This document shows positions 9,700 through 19,205 of a stretch of 41,393 bases of DNA, in pieces (position 1 is the first letter of the stretch; every line of letters starts with the position of its first letter). This DNA is from a virus (lineage: Duplodnaviria > Caudoviricetes): positions 1 through 41,393 of the IMG/VR virus record IMGVR_UViG_3300011423_000015, one strand, 5' to 3'. A program made the position numbers and the translations under genes. A model generated the notes under the pieces. That model was not told the DNA's origin. It ran no database searches and worked only from the letters and a program-made list of their open reading frames with translations.

Positions 9700-12210
9700 T
9701 TATTTTCTATAAACGTGTAACAATTCAAAGTCACCCATATTTTTAAATGAATCGTGCTCAACTCCTTTATCGGAAATGAACGCTTCAAATTTATTCCCTT
9801 GGCGATCTTCAAAATCAATAACACCATAAGGAATTGTTTTGATCAGTTGAAAAGCATCCCTGCGTAATTCTTTTTTAAACTCGTACATGAATGGTTCAAA
9901 CAGTGGTTCGATACCGCTCAAATCAAATTCCCCATCCTCATGCAGGTAATCAGTCTCACCAATTTTTTTCGATGCCATTATGTAATTCACTTCACCGTAA
10001 GAAAATTTTACAATCTTGTTTGTGCTTCGTATTAACATACTTGCGATAAATGGATACCAATTTTTTAGACACCTTGCTGGTGCTATATCATAATTGTAGC
10101 CAGTGTGTGGGTCCAATACATTGAGAAAAGCTTCGTAGCCTTCATCCTGTTTAGTTCTGAAGCCCGACCCGATTGATGAATCGCGAATTAAACAGATCGC
10201 AAAATTTTCATCATCCAGCTTACTATCGGTGGTAGAAAATTGCAACCTCCTTTGATATTCGATTTGGTATCCGCTCGTGCGCGTCTTAACAGAAATTTTA
10301 TATTTGTTTTTCGTGTTGATGATTGGAATAGACGCTTTTCGAAGGGTGTTGAATTCGTCTACCGCATTGACTTTTCCTATATCTAATTTGCCCTGATAGC
10401 CATATTCAATTTCATTATAAAACATTTTTTGATTAAGTCGTTTCTTAATGTCATATACTTTGCCCAACGATAGTATAGGGGTGTTTTTATTGTAAAAGAA
10501 ATTTCTTCTTTCAAGTCGCAAAAGATTTCTGCCAGAGTCAATTTCAAATCCAAAACCAACACAGAAAACCGCATCAGTAAAATCTATTAATTCCTTAATG
10601 CTCGTAAAAACTTTTTTATCTTCCATAGCACGAAGATTACCTCCATTAGTCCACCCGATGAAAGCGCCATCGCCATCTACTGCATAACCTAACTCAGTTC
10701 GTCCTAAAAGATCACTTTCAAAACAATCAATTTCATTTGTCAGATATCTACAACATTGGAGATATACATCATGAAGTAAAAATGTTTTTACTATTGTCGA
10801 TGGTGCTACCGTTGCGTTCTCAAAAAATATTTTTGTAGGTGTTGTAAGTCCGACCCAATCGCTTTCATATTCCCAATGCTCACCAGCAACGGGTACGTGT
10901 CCAATATTTTCTTCCACAAGACTTGCCCATACCTTGCCAGAATGAATAACACGCTCACCTAAATCATATTTTGATTTATCATCCCACTCGCGAGGTGATG
11001 ATTGTACAAAAAAATTGTGTGTTAAAATTTCAGTGCTGAATCCTACAGGCATGGTGAATGAACCCCATATTCTGATTGTGTGATATACATAAATTTTGTA
11101 TCCAATTTCAATATTTATATTTTCTCTCGTATAAGATGCTTGAACGTAAGGAAAATCTAAAGTTCCGCATGGTAGTGTTGGCGCACGTGTGATTGGTTCA
11201 AGAATTAATATGTTATCATTTTTATCGCGCATTTCAAACCAATAAATTATTTCTGTATTAGCCGTTTTATTGCTTTCGACTCCACAGACATAAGCGCCCT
11301 CATAATTAGTATCACCACCCGAGCCTAAGACTTGGATACTGTGTCTCATGTTTATATCAATCTGAGCATGTAATTTTCCAGCTTCAGTAGCGCGATATAA
11401 TTCGTATCTGCTATCCTTATGGGCAGTTAAATGAGTGATATATTCAGCATTTGTTTTTGAACCACCACCCATTCCCGGTTCAAGTTGTGGGTATGCGTAT
11501 TGAACTTTGAAAAAATCTGTTAGTTCCTCAAATTCTGTTTTGTTGGTATCGATACTGCCTATCAATATTGCATCCTTGTCAACAGAAAATGGATGTCCTA
11601 ACGCTAGCCATGCCTCATACTCAATTGGGTTAGTGATAGGATTTGGTGGCGGTGGGTCATCATCCGGTGGAATATTAAAATCAAAAACTTCTAATTGTTG
11701 TGACTCATTACTATCCTGTGGACCGCCTGAAGATTTTTTGTAAATCGTTTTACTGTGGTACGGTACTTGAAATGAATTGATTGGGGGAATAGCGCTACCG
11801 TTTTGACTCACGGTGGTTTCTATATCGATATTTGTATCCAGTAAATTTAAAATTCTCCTTTGAAATCCGATCTGTTCAATATTTACAGTGAGTTTATCTT
11901 CGTATAGATCAAATTTATTAAAGTTAATTTTTCCATTACCGTATAGCTTCCACTTCCTTAAGTTAGGGTCGTATTCATAAATATTTACAAGTACCTCGGC
12001 ATCAATACCGCCATGTTTTTCAAACGCTTCCTTCAAATAATTTCTTCCCTGCTTGATGAAATCAACATCAAAAATTATTTCATAGATCACACCCTCATTG
12101 TCAGTGCTACGCTTTACGGTCTGTGTAATTTCATTAATGCCGATAGGGTCCGCTTCCTCTAATGTAAGCGGTCCTAAAAACTCATTAAGAAATTGAAAAC
12201 GTAGTGCCAT
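9700..12210 (-). CDS. Tail tip / baseplate hub-like protein
   Basis: 836 aa immediately after tape measure; N-terminal DPIG..E..V.RS motif; internal CBM5/12-like insertion. Confidence 0.7.
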   Translation of the reverse strand: MALRFQFLNEFLGPLTLEEADPIGINEITQTVKRSTDNEGVIYEIIFDVDFIKQGRNYLKEAFEKHGGIDAEVLVNIYEYDPNLRKWKLYGNGKINFNKFDLYEDKLTVNIEQIGFQRRILNLLDTNIDIETTVSQNGSAIPPINSFQVPYHSKTIYKKSSGGPQDSNESQQLEVFDFNIPPDDDPPPPNPITNPIEYEAWLALGHPFSVDKDAILIGSIDTNKTEFEELTDFFKVQYAYPQLEPGMGGGSKTNAEYITHLTAHKDSRYELYRATEAGKLHAQIDINMRHSIQVLGSGGDTNYEGAYVCGVESNKTANTEIIYWFEMRDKNDNILILEPITRAPTLPCGTLDFPYVQASYTRENINIEIGYKIYVYHTIRIWGSFTMPVGFSTEILTHNFFVQSSPREWDDKSKYDLGERVIHSGKVWASLVEENIGHVPVAGEHWEYESDWVGLTTPTKIFFENATVAPSTIVKTFLLHDVYLQCCRYLTNEIDCFESDLLGRTELGYAVDGDGAFIGWTNGGNLRAMEDKKVFTSIKELIDFTDAVFCVGFGFEIDSGRNLLRLERRNFFYNKNTPILSLGKVYDIKKRLNQKMFYNEIEYGYQGKLDIGKVNAVDEFNTLRKASIPIINTKNKYKISVKTRTSGYQIEYQRRLQFSTTDSKLDDENFAICLIRDSSIGSGFRTKQDEGYEAFLNVLDPHTGYNYDIAPARCLKNWYPFIASMLIRSTNKIVKFSYGEVNYIMASKKIGETDYLHEDGEFDLSGIEPLFEPFMYEFKKELRRDAFQLIKTIPYGVIDFEDRQGNKFEAFISDKGVEHDSFKNMGDFELLHVYRK

Positions 12211-15200
12211 TATCTATATAGTTGGTCCATAAAATATTGTCTTGTTTCTGCATTCTTTACCATAGCCTGCATGCCCTGTTTGCTAATGTTCCAATGCTGT
12301 TCCTTTTTATTTCTGACGGTTTTTTCTAAGCTGTCCAGCTTGCTACCGATCACGCCTAACATTTCCACGTCCATTCTGCTGCCCATTCTATCTTCATGCG
12401 GCAATGATGAAAGGGCTAATTTGTTCATGGTTTCTTTATGCGTGTCAACTTTGGTACGAGCTGGTAAAGCCATCATGGTTGATTCGTCTGGCGATAAGAA
12501 TGATTTACCGGAAGGTAAAGTGATGAGCTCAGTACCTTCTTCACCTACTCGCGCAAGACCGCCTGCGTGATTCTTTGTACCTACTGCATAAGAAGGTATT
12601 GGCTTACTGACTACCGCAGCAATTTGCAGCGCACCCAATACGGCAGTGATCGCAGCGAGCACGAACGAAGCAGGAGGTGGGTATGTGCCTAATGCTTGAC
12701 CAATACCCTTCGCGGTGTTAATGGCAATGCTAATTACGGCAACGGTCTTTTCAAATAGTGCCTGTTTGCGCATTGCTGCCGCCTGTTGCATTCTTATTTT
12801 TTGTTCTTCCAGTGCGGCCTTATTTTTGATAGCTACTTTTGCAGTCTCATTATCACCTGCGGCTGCAAGTTCAGCGTCCATCTGTTCTTGAATCTTTTCA
12901 AGGCGAGCTTGGCGAGCTTCATCTTCGGCAGCAAAGAAATTGTTAATGGTTTCCATCGCGAGGTCAACCCCTGTGGTGGAGAGCTCACTTAAACCATCCT
13001 GAATTTTTTGCTCAGCTTCCAATTGTAGGGCATTTTCGTTTTCCTTCATTTGAAGCTTGACCGCGCTGATTTGGTTTAGAAAATCAATTTGCTTTTGACT
13101 TCCTTCTGCCTGTAATGCCGCTTGGGTCGTTAGATAATCCAACTGAGATTGAAGGGATTCCTGCTCACCCTTTTGCTGGATTGCTAATTTTCGTTTGTTA
13201 TAATCCGCTAACGAAATTTCGTTATCAGCAAATTGATTTTCAAGGTCTAATAAGGCGGTGTTAATTTTCGTACCCAATTTATTTTGTAAAATATCAGCAT
13301 CGCGAGCGAGCACGGTAAAAACATTTTCTTCGGCATCTTTTGCAGACTGTTCATTGATGGCAGTGATCTCAGCCAATTTTGCTTTTTCAATTTCGGTTGC
13401 TTGGGTGATATACGCCTGATCTTTTGCAGCGCCTTCTGTTCTATATTTATCATCTAGGGCAAGTTGTGCCTGAAGGGATAGTTCTTTGTTGGCATAAATT
13501 TCTTTGAGTTGTTCATCATTGAGAACTACCCTTTCCTTTGCTGCATTCTTAGCCGCTTCCAATTCTCTGGCGGCAGCGTTTTCAGTTAATTGAACTTGCG
13601 CCTCGGCAATCTCGGCAACTGCTTGAATACGATCACCTAATGATGAATTTTCGTCCTGAAGTATTTTGTCATTCGTGTCGATTGAATCTTCCAGCCGCCA
13701 TTTGTTTAGATTTTGTACAGCCGTTTGCTCAGCTTTGATTTGATCTTGTTTTCGCTTTGCTATTTCATTGACAATGGCAAATTCTTCCGATAGCCTTCTT
13801 TTTTGACCATCTAAAAATTCCTGCTCGGTTTTATTAACCTTCGCTTGCAGTTCAGCACTTTTTTGGCGGTTATCATAATCTATTTTACCCGCTGCAATTC
13901 CTTCGTCAATTATTTTTCGTCTTTCTTCACCATTAAGTTTAGTGGTATCAAGTGATAATTTTTCTAATGCCAAATTATCTTCGAAGGCTTTTAATTCCTG
14001 CTGAGCCAATTGTACATCACCCTTGCTTTGTTCCTCTAATAATTGATTTGCTTCTCGTAGGTGATCTAATCTTTTTTCGTCCGTATTCCTTAGTTTATCG
14101 TGTACAATCTGAAGGTCTTTTGCAACTTTTAATTCGGTTATTGAATCATCTATGATATCCTGAATCTGATCTTTCTTAAGTTGTGCGGCTTCAGCATCAA
14201 TTTTATTTTGAATTGCAATTCTACGTTGTGATTCATCAGAATAATCTTGCATTGCTTTTTTTGCACCATCCCATACATCAGCGGCAAGTTTTTTAATATC
14301 TTCTAAAGCACCTTCTAATTTATCAGTGCCTTTTGTCCAATCACCACTGAAGATGTCAACGATACCCTCACCTAAATCTTTAAATATTTTAATAACAGGC
14401 TTTAGAAAATCCATGAATGATTGCCACGCCTTTTGTGGTTCTTCCCACATGGTCACAAGTGCTTTTCCAACGCCTTCAAGCACATCCAAAAATTGATCTA
14501 ACAATATTTTACCAACTCCTAAAATTTTATTCCACTTATCTTGTCCTTCGCTGGAAGCTGTGAAGTAGCGAGCAAGACCGGCAACGGCTGCCGCTATTGC
14601 TGCGAGAATAAGACCAACGGGATTTGTGACCAGTGCCCAAAAAGCTTTGCCCAAAGAAACGGCACCGTCATAAGCAGATTTTAAACCCGGAGATATTTTT
14701 CCCAGTGCATCACCTAAACCTTCGCCTTTCTTTTCTCCTTCTTCTAACTGTTTATTCAATTCCTCAGTGGAGGTTTCAGCCATGCCAGCTTCCTTACGGT
14801 ATACGTTTATCTGAGTAATGTTATTTTGGATGGCAACTTTTAAAGTGTCAAAAGATTTTTTTCCTTCATCGGTTGATTTGTCCAGTCCCTTTTGAGCGAT
14901 GATCAAATCCTTAGTTTCTTTTTCCTGATCTTGAATCGCCTTATGCGCTTTCAGAATTGAAGCGGTATAGTTTCCAACGTTACCGCTAAATTGTCCCATT
15001 TCTTCGCGCAATTCACTGGCGGCTTCCTTCTGGTCTTGGATAGTTTTTAGCAGTGTTACACCTGTTTTGCTATTGCGTTCCTCTTCGCTTCTCAGATTAG
15101 AATATGCCACACGGTTTGCATTCAATGCGGCTTCAATTTCTTTTAGAGATGAATTAAGTTTATTAACTGCGAGCGCTTCCTTTTCGCCAAGCGCATTTTT

Positions 15201-15533
15201 TTGCTTCATCTCAGATTTTAATTTCACCAATGCCTGTTCCTGCTTACGGTATTCATCGTTATCGCGTGCGATGGCTAGGGACATTGCGTTTGAAACTTTG
15301 GTCAATTCTTTTTGTGCTCGCGCAAGGTCATCGGTATCTTCCTTTAATTTTTTAGTGGACATCCCACCACTACCAGCGGAACCTGCGCCTTTGAAAGCGG
15401 CAGAAAATTCAAGACCTACTTTTCTAACCTCCTTCATGGTAACAAGATATTCTTCCCAATTCGATTTCATTACGAGCGGTGCGCGTAGGGCTTCATCACT
15501 TATAAAATCCTGTCTCTCAAACTCGGCTGCCAT
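12210..15533 (-). CDS. Tape measure protein
   Basis: 1107 aa coiled coil, hydrophobic TNPVGLILAAIAAAVAGL segment, W/F-periodic repeats, C-terminal YAVGT...GGLARVGEEGTELI motif. Confidence 0.9.
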   Translation of the reverse strand: MAAEFERQDFISDEALRAPLVMKSNWEEYLVTMKEVRKVGLEFSAAFKGAGSAGSGGMSTKKLKEDTDDLARAQKELTKVSNAMSLAIARDNDEYRKQEQALVKLKSEMKQKNALGEKEALAVNKLNSSLKEIEAALNANRVAYSNLRSEEERNSKTGVTLLKTIQDQKEAASELREEMGQFSGNVGNYTASILKAHKAIQDQEKETKDLIIAQKGLDKSTDEGKKSFDTLKVAIQNNITQINVYRKEAGMAETSTEELNKQLEEGEKKGEGLGDALGKISPGLKSAYDGAVSLGKAFWALVTNPVGLILAAIAAAVAGLARYFTASSEGQDKWNKILGVGKILLDQFLDVLEGVGKALVTMWEEPQKAWQSFMDFLKPVIKIFKDLGEGIVDIFSGDWTKGTDKLEGALEDIKKLAADVWDGAKKAMQDYSDESQRRIAIQNKIDAEAAQLKKDQIQDIIDDSITELKVAKDLQIVHDKLRNTDEKRLDHLREANQLLEEQSKGDVQLAQQELKAFEDNLALEKLSLDTTKLNGEERRKIIDEGIAAGKIDYDNRQKSAELQAKVNKTEQEFLDGQKRRLSEEFAIVNEIAKRKQDQIKAEQTAVQNLNKWRLEDSIDTNDKILQDENSSLGDRIQAVAEIAEAQVQLTENAAARELEAAKNAAKERVVLNDEQLKEIYANKELSLQAQLALDDKYRTEGAAKDQAYITQATEIEKAKLAEITAINEQSAKDAEENVFTVLARDADILQNKLGTKINTALLDLENQFADNEISLADYNKRKLAIQQKGEQESLQSQLDYLTTQAALQAEGSQKQIDFLNQISAVKLQMKENENALQLEAEQKIQDGLSELSTTGVDLAMETINNFFAAEDEARQARLEKIQEQMDAELAAAGDNETAKVAIKNKAALEEQKIRMQQAAAMRKQALFEKTVAVISIAINTAKGIGQALGTYPPPASFVLAAITAVLGALQIAAVVSKPIPSYAVGTKNHAGGLARVGEEGTELITLPSGKSFLSPDESTMMALPARTKVDTHKETMNKLALSSLPHEDRMGSRMDVEMLGVIGSKLDSLEKTVRNKKEQHWNISKQGMQAMVKNAETRQYFMDQLYR

Positions 15534-16248
15534 AACTCTTATGTTTATTATTGCGAGACTCTACATTTTTTCTCTTTATTATTTTATTGTATTCATTATA
15601 CCGTGAGAGGGTCAATGAATCATCAACAGTAAAGCCCAAAGCGGTTGTTAAGTTTGCCATCAGGACTTCAAAGGTTACTTGTTTATTACTGCCCTTACTT
15701 TGCTCACCAGCTTTTACAATTGCCTTGTAACGCATTTCAATTTTGGTAACTATGTTGTTCGATTTGTTCAGAGAAGCATTAAGACTTTTTACATAGTCAG
15801 TATAGGAGGTCAAATTAATTTTATATCCCTTACTTGCGAGTCTATCAATGATTTCATTATCGATTACAAAAAAAGATTCCGTCAGGTCTACTCTGATTAC
15901 AAGAAAATCCGCGAGAAGTTTATTGTAATGATTAAGATTATCATAATAACTTCTATACTCAGCGTTACCGTTGACCTTGCTGTTTTCTTGAATGATTTTT
16001 TCCCACTGCTCAAAACATTCATCAATAGAACCGTGCCCGAACATTATTAAGCGCATGTAGTCCGCGCTCTCAGCTACTTCAATAAATAGTTTGAGTGTAA
16101 TATTGTTATAATCAAAAAATTTAGTTCGCAGAATAGACGCCTCTGTAATATTCTCGGACACTTGCTTCGATGATTTCCAGAAAAAAAGATTTGCCTTCTG
16201 TGCTCGGCCAAAATATTGCTGGCCCGTATTTCTTAACCAGTTCATCAC
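15517..16248 (-). CDS. Hypothetical protein upstream of tape measure (tail assembly chaperone position); start uncertain
   Basis: 243-aa ORF overlapping the upstream gene by 128 nt. Confidence 0.65.
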   Translation of the reverse strand: MMNWLRNTGQQYFGRAQKANLFFWKSSKQVSENITEASILRTKFFDYNNITLKLFIEVAESADYMRLIMFGHGSIDECFEQWEKIIQENSKVNGNAEYRSYYDNLNHYNKLLADFLVIRVDLTESFFVIDNEIIDRLASKGYKINLTSYTDYVKSLNASLNKSNNIVTKIEMRYKAIVKAGEQSKGSNKQVTFEVLMANLTTALGFTVDDSLTLSRYNEYNKIIKRKNVESRNNKHKSYGSRV

Positions 16249-16558
16249 GTTTTTCGTCTTTTGAGTCTATGATAATTGGAAATGTTTTCGTTTGTGCATA
16301 GAACCCATCCCAAAAATTCCCTGTTAATCTTAAATCAGTAACGCCCTTTGGATTCAAATGCTTTTTCATTTCTGCATAATCAGCATTCCTATAAGCTTGC
16401 AAAAATTCACCTTCACCATCTTTACCATTTAATAATTGACCTGTTATGATATCAATCAATAGATGTTCATTCTCTTTTATGATTTGTAGCAAAGCATATT
16501 CCTGCGCTTTAATCGTTACTTTATCCAATTTCGCTATGTAATCAGTAACTTTGCTCAT
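16121..16558 (-). CDS. Putative neck / virion morphogenesis protein
   Basis: 145 aa, DLRLTGNFWDGF and LVKKYG motifs typical of tail-completion proteins; position in tail module. Confidence 0.65.
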   Translation of the reverse strand: MSKVTDYIAKLDKVTIKAQEYALLQIIKENEHLLIDIITGQLLNGKDGEGEFLQAYRNADYAEMKKHLNPKGVTDLRLTGNFWDGFYAQTKTFPIIIDSKDEKRDELVKKYGPAIFWPSTEGKSFFLEIIEASVREYYRGVYSAN

Positions 16559-16566
16559 AAAAATTA

Positions 16567-16598
16567 AGTAAACTCCTGAAAATTAACAGGAGTTTACT
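16567..16598 (-). terminator. Intrinsic terminator/stem-loop after tail tube operon segment
   Basis: Perfect 12-bp stem AGTAAACTCCTG / CAGGAGTTTACT, followed on minus strand by TAATTTTT. Confidence 0.7.
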
Positions 16599-16605
16599 AT
16601 TAGGT

Positions 16606-16836
16606 TTAGATACTAGGTAAATCATCTTCATCATTGCCATCATCGTAATCAACAGTGGCAGTGGTGCCATTCTTGACCGCTTGTGGTTCTGATTTGATTT
16701 TTGCTTCCGCGACTTCCCATGTTGTTTTCATTTCGGACTCCTTTTTTTCAGGGTCACCTAATAAAAAATACTGCTCGAACTTTTCTTTGAATTGTTCGAA
16801 CGTCAAAGATTCCTTATAAGAAATTTTTACTTTCAT
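16606..16836 (-). CDS. Small hypothetical protein
   Basis: 76 aa, ATGA overlap with tail tube gene, acidic C-terminus. Confidence 0.65.
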   Translation of the reverse strand: MKVKISYKESLTFEQFKEKFEQYFLLGDPEKKESEMKTTWEVAEAKIKSEPQAVKNGTTATVDYDDGNDEDDLPSI

Positions 16837-17708
16837 GGGGTAATGGTTACGGTTGCTGGAATTAACTCATATGCTTTAACGCTTAAATTATCAGGTGTTT
16901 CACCGCCAAGCGTTCCGGTTGTGAATGCAGTTCCTACGATTGTATAAACACCATCGACTTCGGTAACTGATGTGATCGGTTCAACGACACCAGCGGCAGA
17001 TTTTTTAATAAAGTCTGCCATTTCTAACCCCAGTATATTTGTTTCATCGCATACGGTTCTAACAGTAGCCTTTATTTCGGTAGCGGTAGGAACGCCTACG
17101 ACTGTGATCTGTCCATCAGTCAAGCGGTTCAATTCATCAACATAAGAGGCTTCCATTATTGCCCCTGTCTTGTCAATTTGCTTGCTGTTTTTCAGAACAA
17201 TATAAATTGGTGTGCGAGTTGCAGCGCTGCCATCACTGATCATCAACTTTTCAACATTGAGTAAAGAAACATTGAAGCCCATGAAGTCACCATCGGTATT
17301 GTCCATACCAAAGAGTTGGTTTTCAATATCAAAAAACATCACACGTTGATTACCACCGTTATGCGTGCCCATTGCGCGATGCGTGCAAAGGTCTTGTTGC
17401 ACTTGTACACGCCATCTATATTTTCCATCGCGAACTTTTAAATCTGCGAGTGGTGTTTCCTCGTATACTGCGTCCTCTTTCGCATCTTCAAAGCCCACGA
17501 ATGGTGGCCATAAAAATATCCGTTCGTTCAGGTCCGGATTTAACATTGCGTCCTGCAAATAAAGTTTGATAGCATCGGCACCTTCTTCAATAGTAGCCGC
17601 AGGGATTTTAAACCCTAGTGGCGTGGTGAACATTGTAGCAAACATTTGAGGAAGCATGGTGCAGCGAACCACACCCATATTTTTTTTCGCTTCATCACAA
17701 TTAGCCAT
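16833..17708 (-). CDS. Major tail (tube) protein
   Basis: 291 aa beta-rich, N-terminal C...NMG...C motif, Ig-like C-terminal extension; position. Confidence 0.75.
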   Translation of the reverse strand: MANCDEAKKNMGVVRCTMLPQMFATMFTTPLGFKIPAATIEEGADAIKLYLQDAMLNPDLNERIFLWPPFVGFEDAKEDAVYEETPLADLKVRDGKYRWRVQVQQDLCTHRAMGTHNGGNQRVMFFDIENQLFGMDNTDGDFMGFNVSLLNVEKLMISDGSAATRTPIYIVLKNSKQIDKTGAIMEASYVDELNRLTDGQITVVGVPTATEIKATVRTVCDETNILGLEMADFIKKSAAGVVEPITSVTEVDGVYTIVGTAFTTGTLGGETPDNLSVKAYELIPATVTITP

Positions 17709-17714
17709 ATCTTT

Positions 17715-18221
17715 TTAACATTTAGGTCGTTTGTTTAATTTTAAATCGATTAATTCAATAGCATCGATAGGGTCTTGAAAGATGTTTTTTATATTCCCTT
17801 CCGTGTCGGGTATACCCCAATAAGGTCTGTCGATTGGGTCGCATGGTGGGTATTGTTGATGACCCTCCCAAGTGAAAATGCCAGACTTCTTAAGGCATAC
17901 AAAGAACTTTTCAACCATAGGATATAGAATTGGAACCAAAACTTTTTCGTAACGCTGAGATGCTTTATAATTTTCATCCGTGAACGTTATGAAGGCTACG
18001 TTAAGGCTCACCTGTTGCAAACCATTGATCAGTTTTTCAGGAATATCTAATCGTAAGGCAACCAATGGGTACCTACGATATTTATATTGTGTTCCTTCTT
18101 TTTCTGTCAGCGTGTTTGCAATTTCTAAGCGATGTCCATATTCATAGTAAGGTTTTTCTTCACCTTCTAAGCGCATGAGCTCAACCACTGTTCTAATATC
18201 CCACACTATAGGAGTCCTCAT
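17715..18221 (-). CDS. Putative tail terminator / tail completion protein
   Basis: 168 aa between head-tail adaptor and tail tube; YPLVAL and R...VL.PILYP motifs. Confidence 0.6.
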   Translation of the reverse strand: MRTPIVWDIRTVVELMRLEGEEKPYYEYGHRLEIANTLTEKEGTQYKYRRYPLVALRLDIPEKLINGLQQVSLNVAFITFTDENYKASQRYEKVLVPILYPMVEKFFVCLKKSGIFTWEGHQQYPPCDPIDRPYWGIPDTEGNIKNIFQDPIDAIELIDLKLNKRPKC

Positions 18222-18955
18222 ATGTTGAAAATGTTCATGTTACCCGGGTACTCAAATGTGTGCTGTAAATAAGTGCCGAACGTTTCATAGTATGAATCAT
18301 CATAATAATCTATGTAATGACCAAGACTGTTCCCGTAAAGCAAATACCCATATAAGGAATTCGATTGACGATAATAATTGCCTGCAAACTTTGAAAATTC
18401 ATTGTATGCAAAAGCGATGTTTGGCGCTGAGCTCACAACGGTTGCGTTTTCCTGATTGCGTTGTACCGTACCCGATTTGGTATGGTCGCGCATCGTATCG
18501 CGTGTCCAGAAAGCATAGACATAGGGTATCAATAAATTTTTCATCCCTACCCAAGTGTTCTGCTTAAAATTGTAATTGTAATTGTTGACACCGTTATATA
18601 ACATGAGCCATTGATCATCTTCTACCATCGTCCATGATGTTCCCTCTTTAGGCACCACATTTAGATTGTTATCTACTAGAGATTTCCACACGTGGTAATT
18701 GTAGAATACTAAATCATCAATCGCATAGCCAGGTGTATTAGTGTCCACCCACTCAGGTGGTAACGCATCAAGACCAGCGATGAAAGATTCATAAAGGGAT
18801 TGACCGAGAAGCTTAACCAAAACATACGTTACCTTTTTATCAATGTAGTTTTGAAACTGAACATTGGGCAGCGTTCCACCTTCCGGTGCTTGCGCTTGCG
18901 CGTTTGGAACGTTATAAGGAATTTGATTAAAATCTTCCGTGGTTAGTATTTCCAT
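18218..18955 (-). CDS. Putative head-tail adaptor with inserted CBM5/12-like module
   Basis: YI...E/V..L.KLLG..LY motif after capsid gene; insertion WVDTNTPGYAIDDLVFYNYHVWKSLVDNNLNVVPKEGTSW. Confidence 0.65.
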   Translation of the reverse strand: MEILTTEDFNQIPYNVPNAQAQAPEGGTLPNVQFQNYIDKKVTYVLVKLLGQSLYESFIAGLDALPPEWVDTNTPGYAIDDLVFYNYHVWKSLVDNNLNVVPKEGTSWTMVEDDQWLMLYNGVNNYNYNFKQNTWVGMKNLLIPYVYAFWTRDTMRDHTKSGTVQRNQENATVVSSAPNIAFAYNEFSKFAGNYYRQSNSLYGYLLYGNSLGHYIDYYDDSYYETFGTYLQHTFEYPGNMNIFNI

Positions 18956-18969
18956 CTCTCAAAATTTTT

Positions 18970-19203
18970 CTACATCTCTAACTTACCTTTGCCCTTATCT
19001 TTACCCGACTTATCTTTTGCGGGAACAGCGTCACCGATAGTTGCCGCACCACTTGCGAGAAGTTTTTCGGCTGCTACTTTATGAACTATCTTCTTTACAT
19101 CCTTCTTAAGGAATTTACTTTTACCAGTGCCAGTAACCTCTACCAGCTCATCTGCTTTTACTTTTCTTTCAGTCATTTTTATACTGTTTAAAGTTGTTAT
19201 CAT
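18970..19203 (-). CDS. Small basic capsid-associated hypothetical protein
   Basis: 77 aa directly after major capsid gene. Confidence 0.6.
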   Translation of the reverse strand: MITTLNSIKMTERKVKADELVEVTGTGKSKFLKKDVKKIVHKVAAEKLLASGAATIGDAVPAKDKSGKDKGKGKLEM

Positions 19204-19205
19204 TA

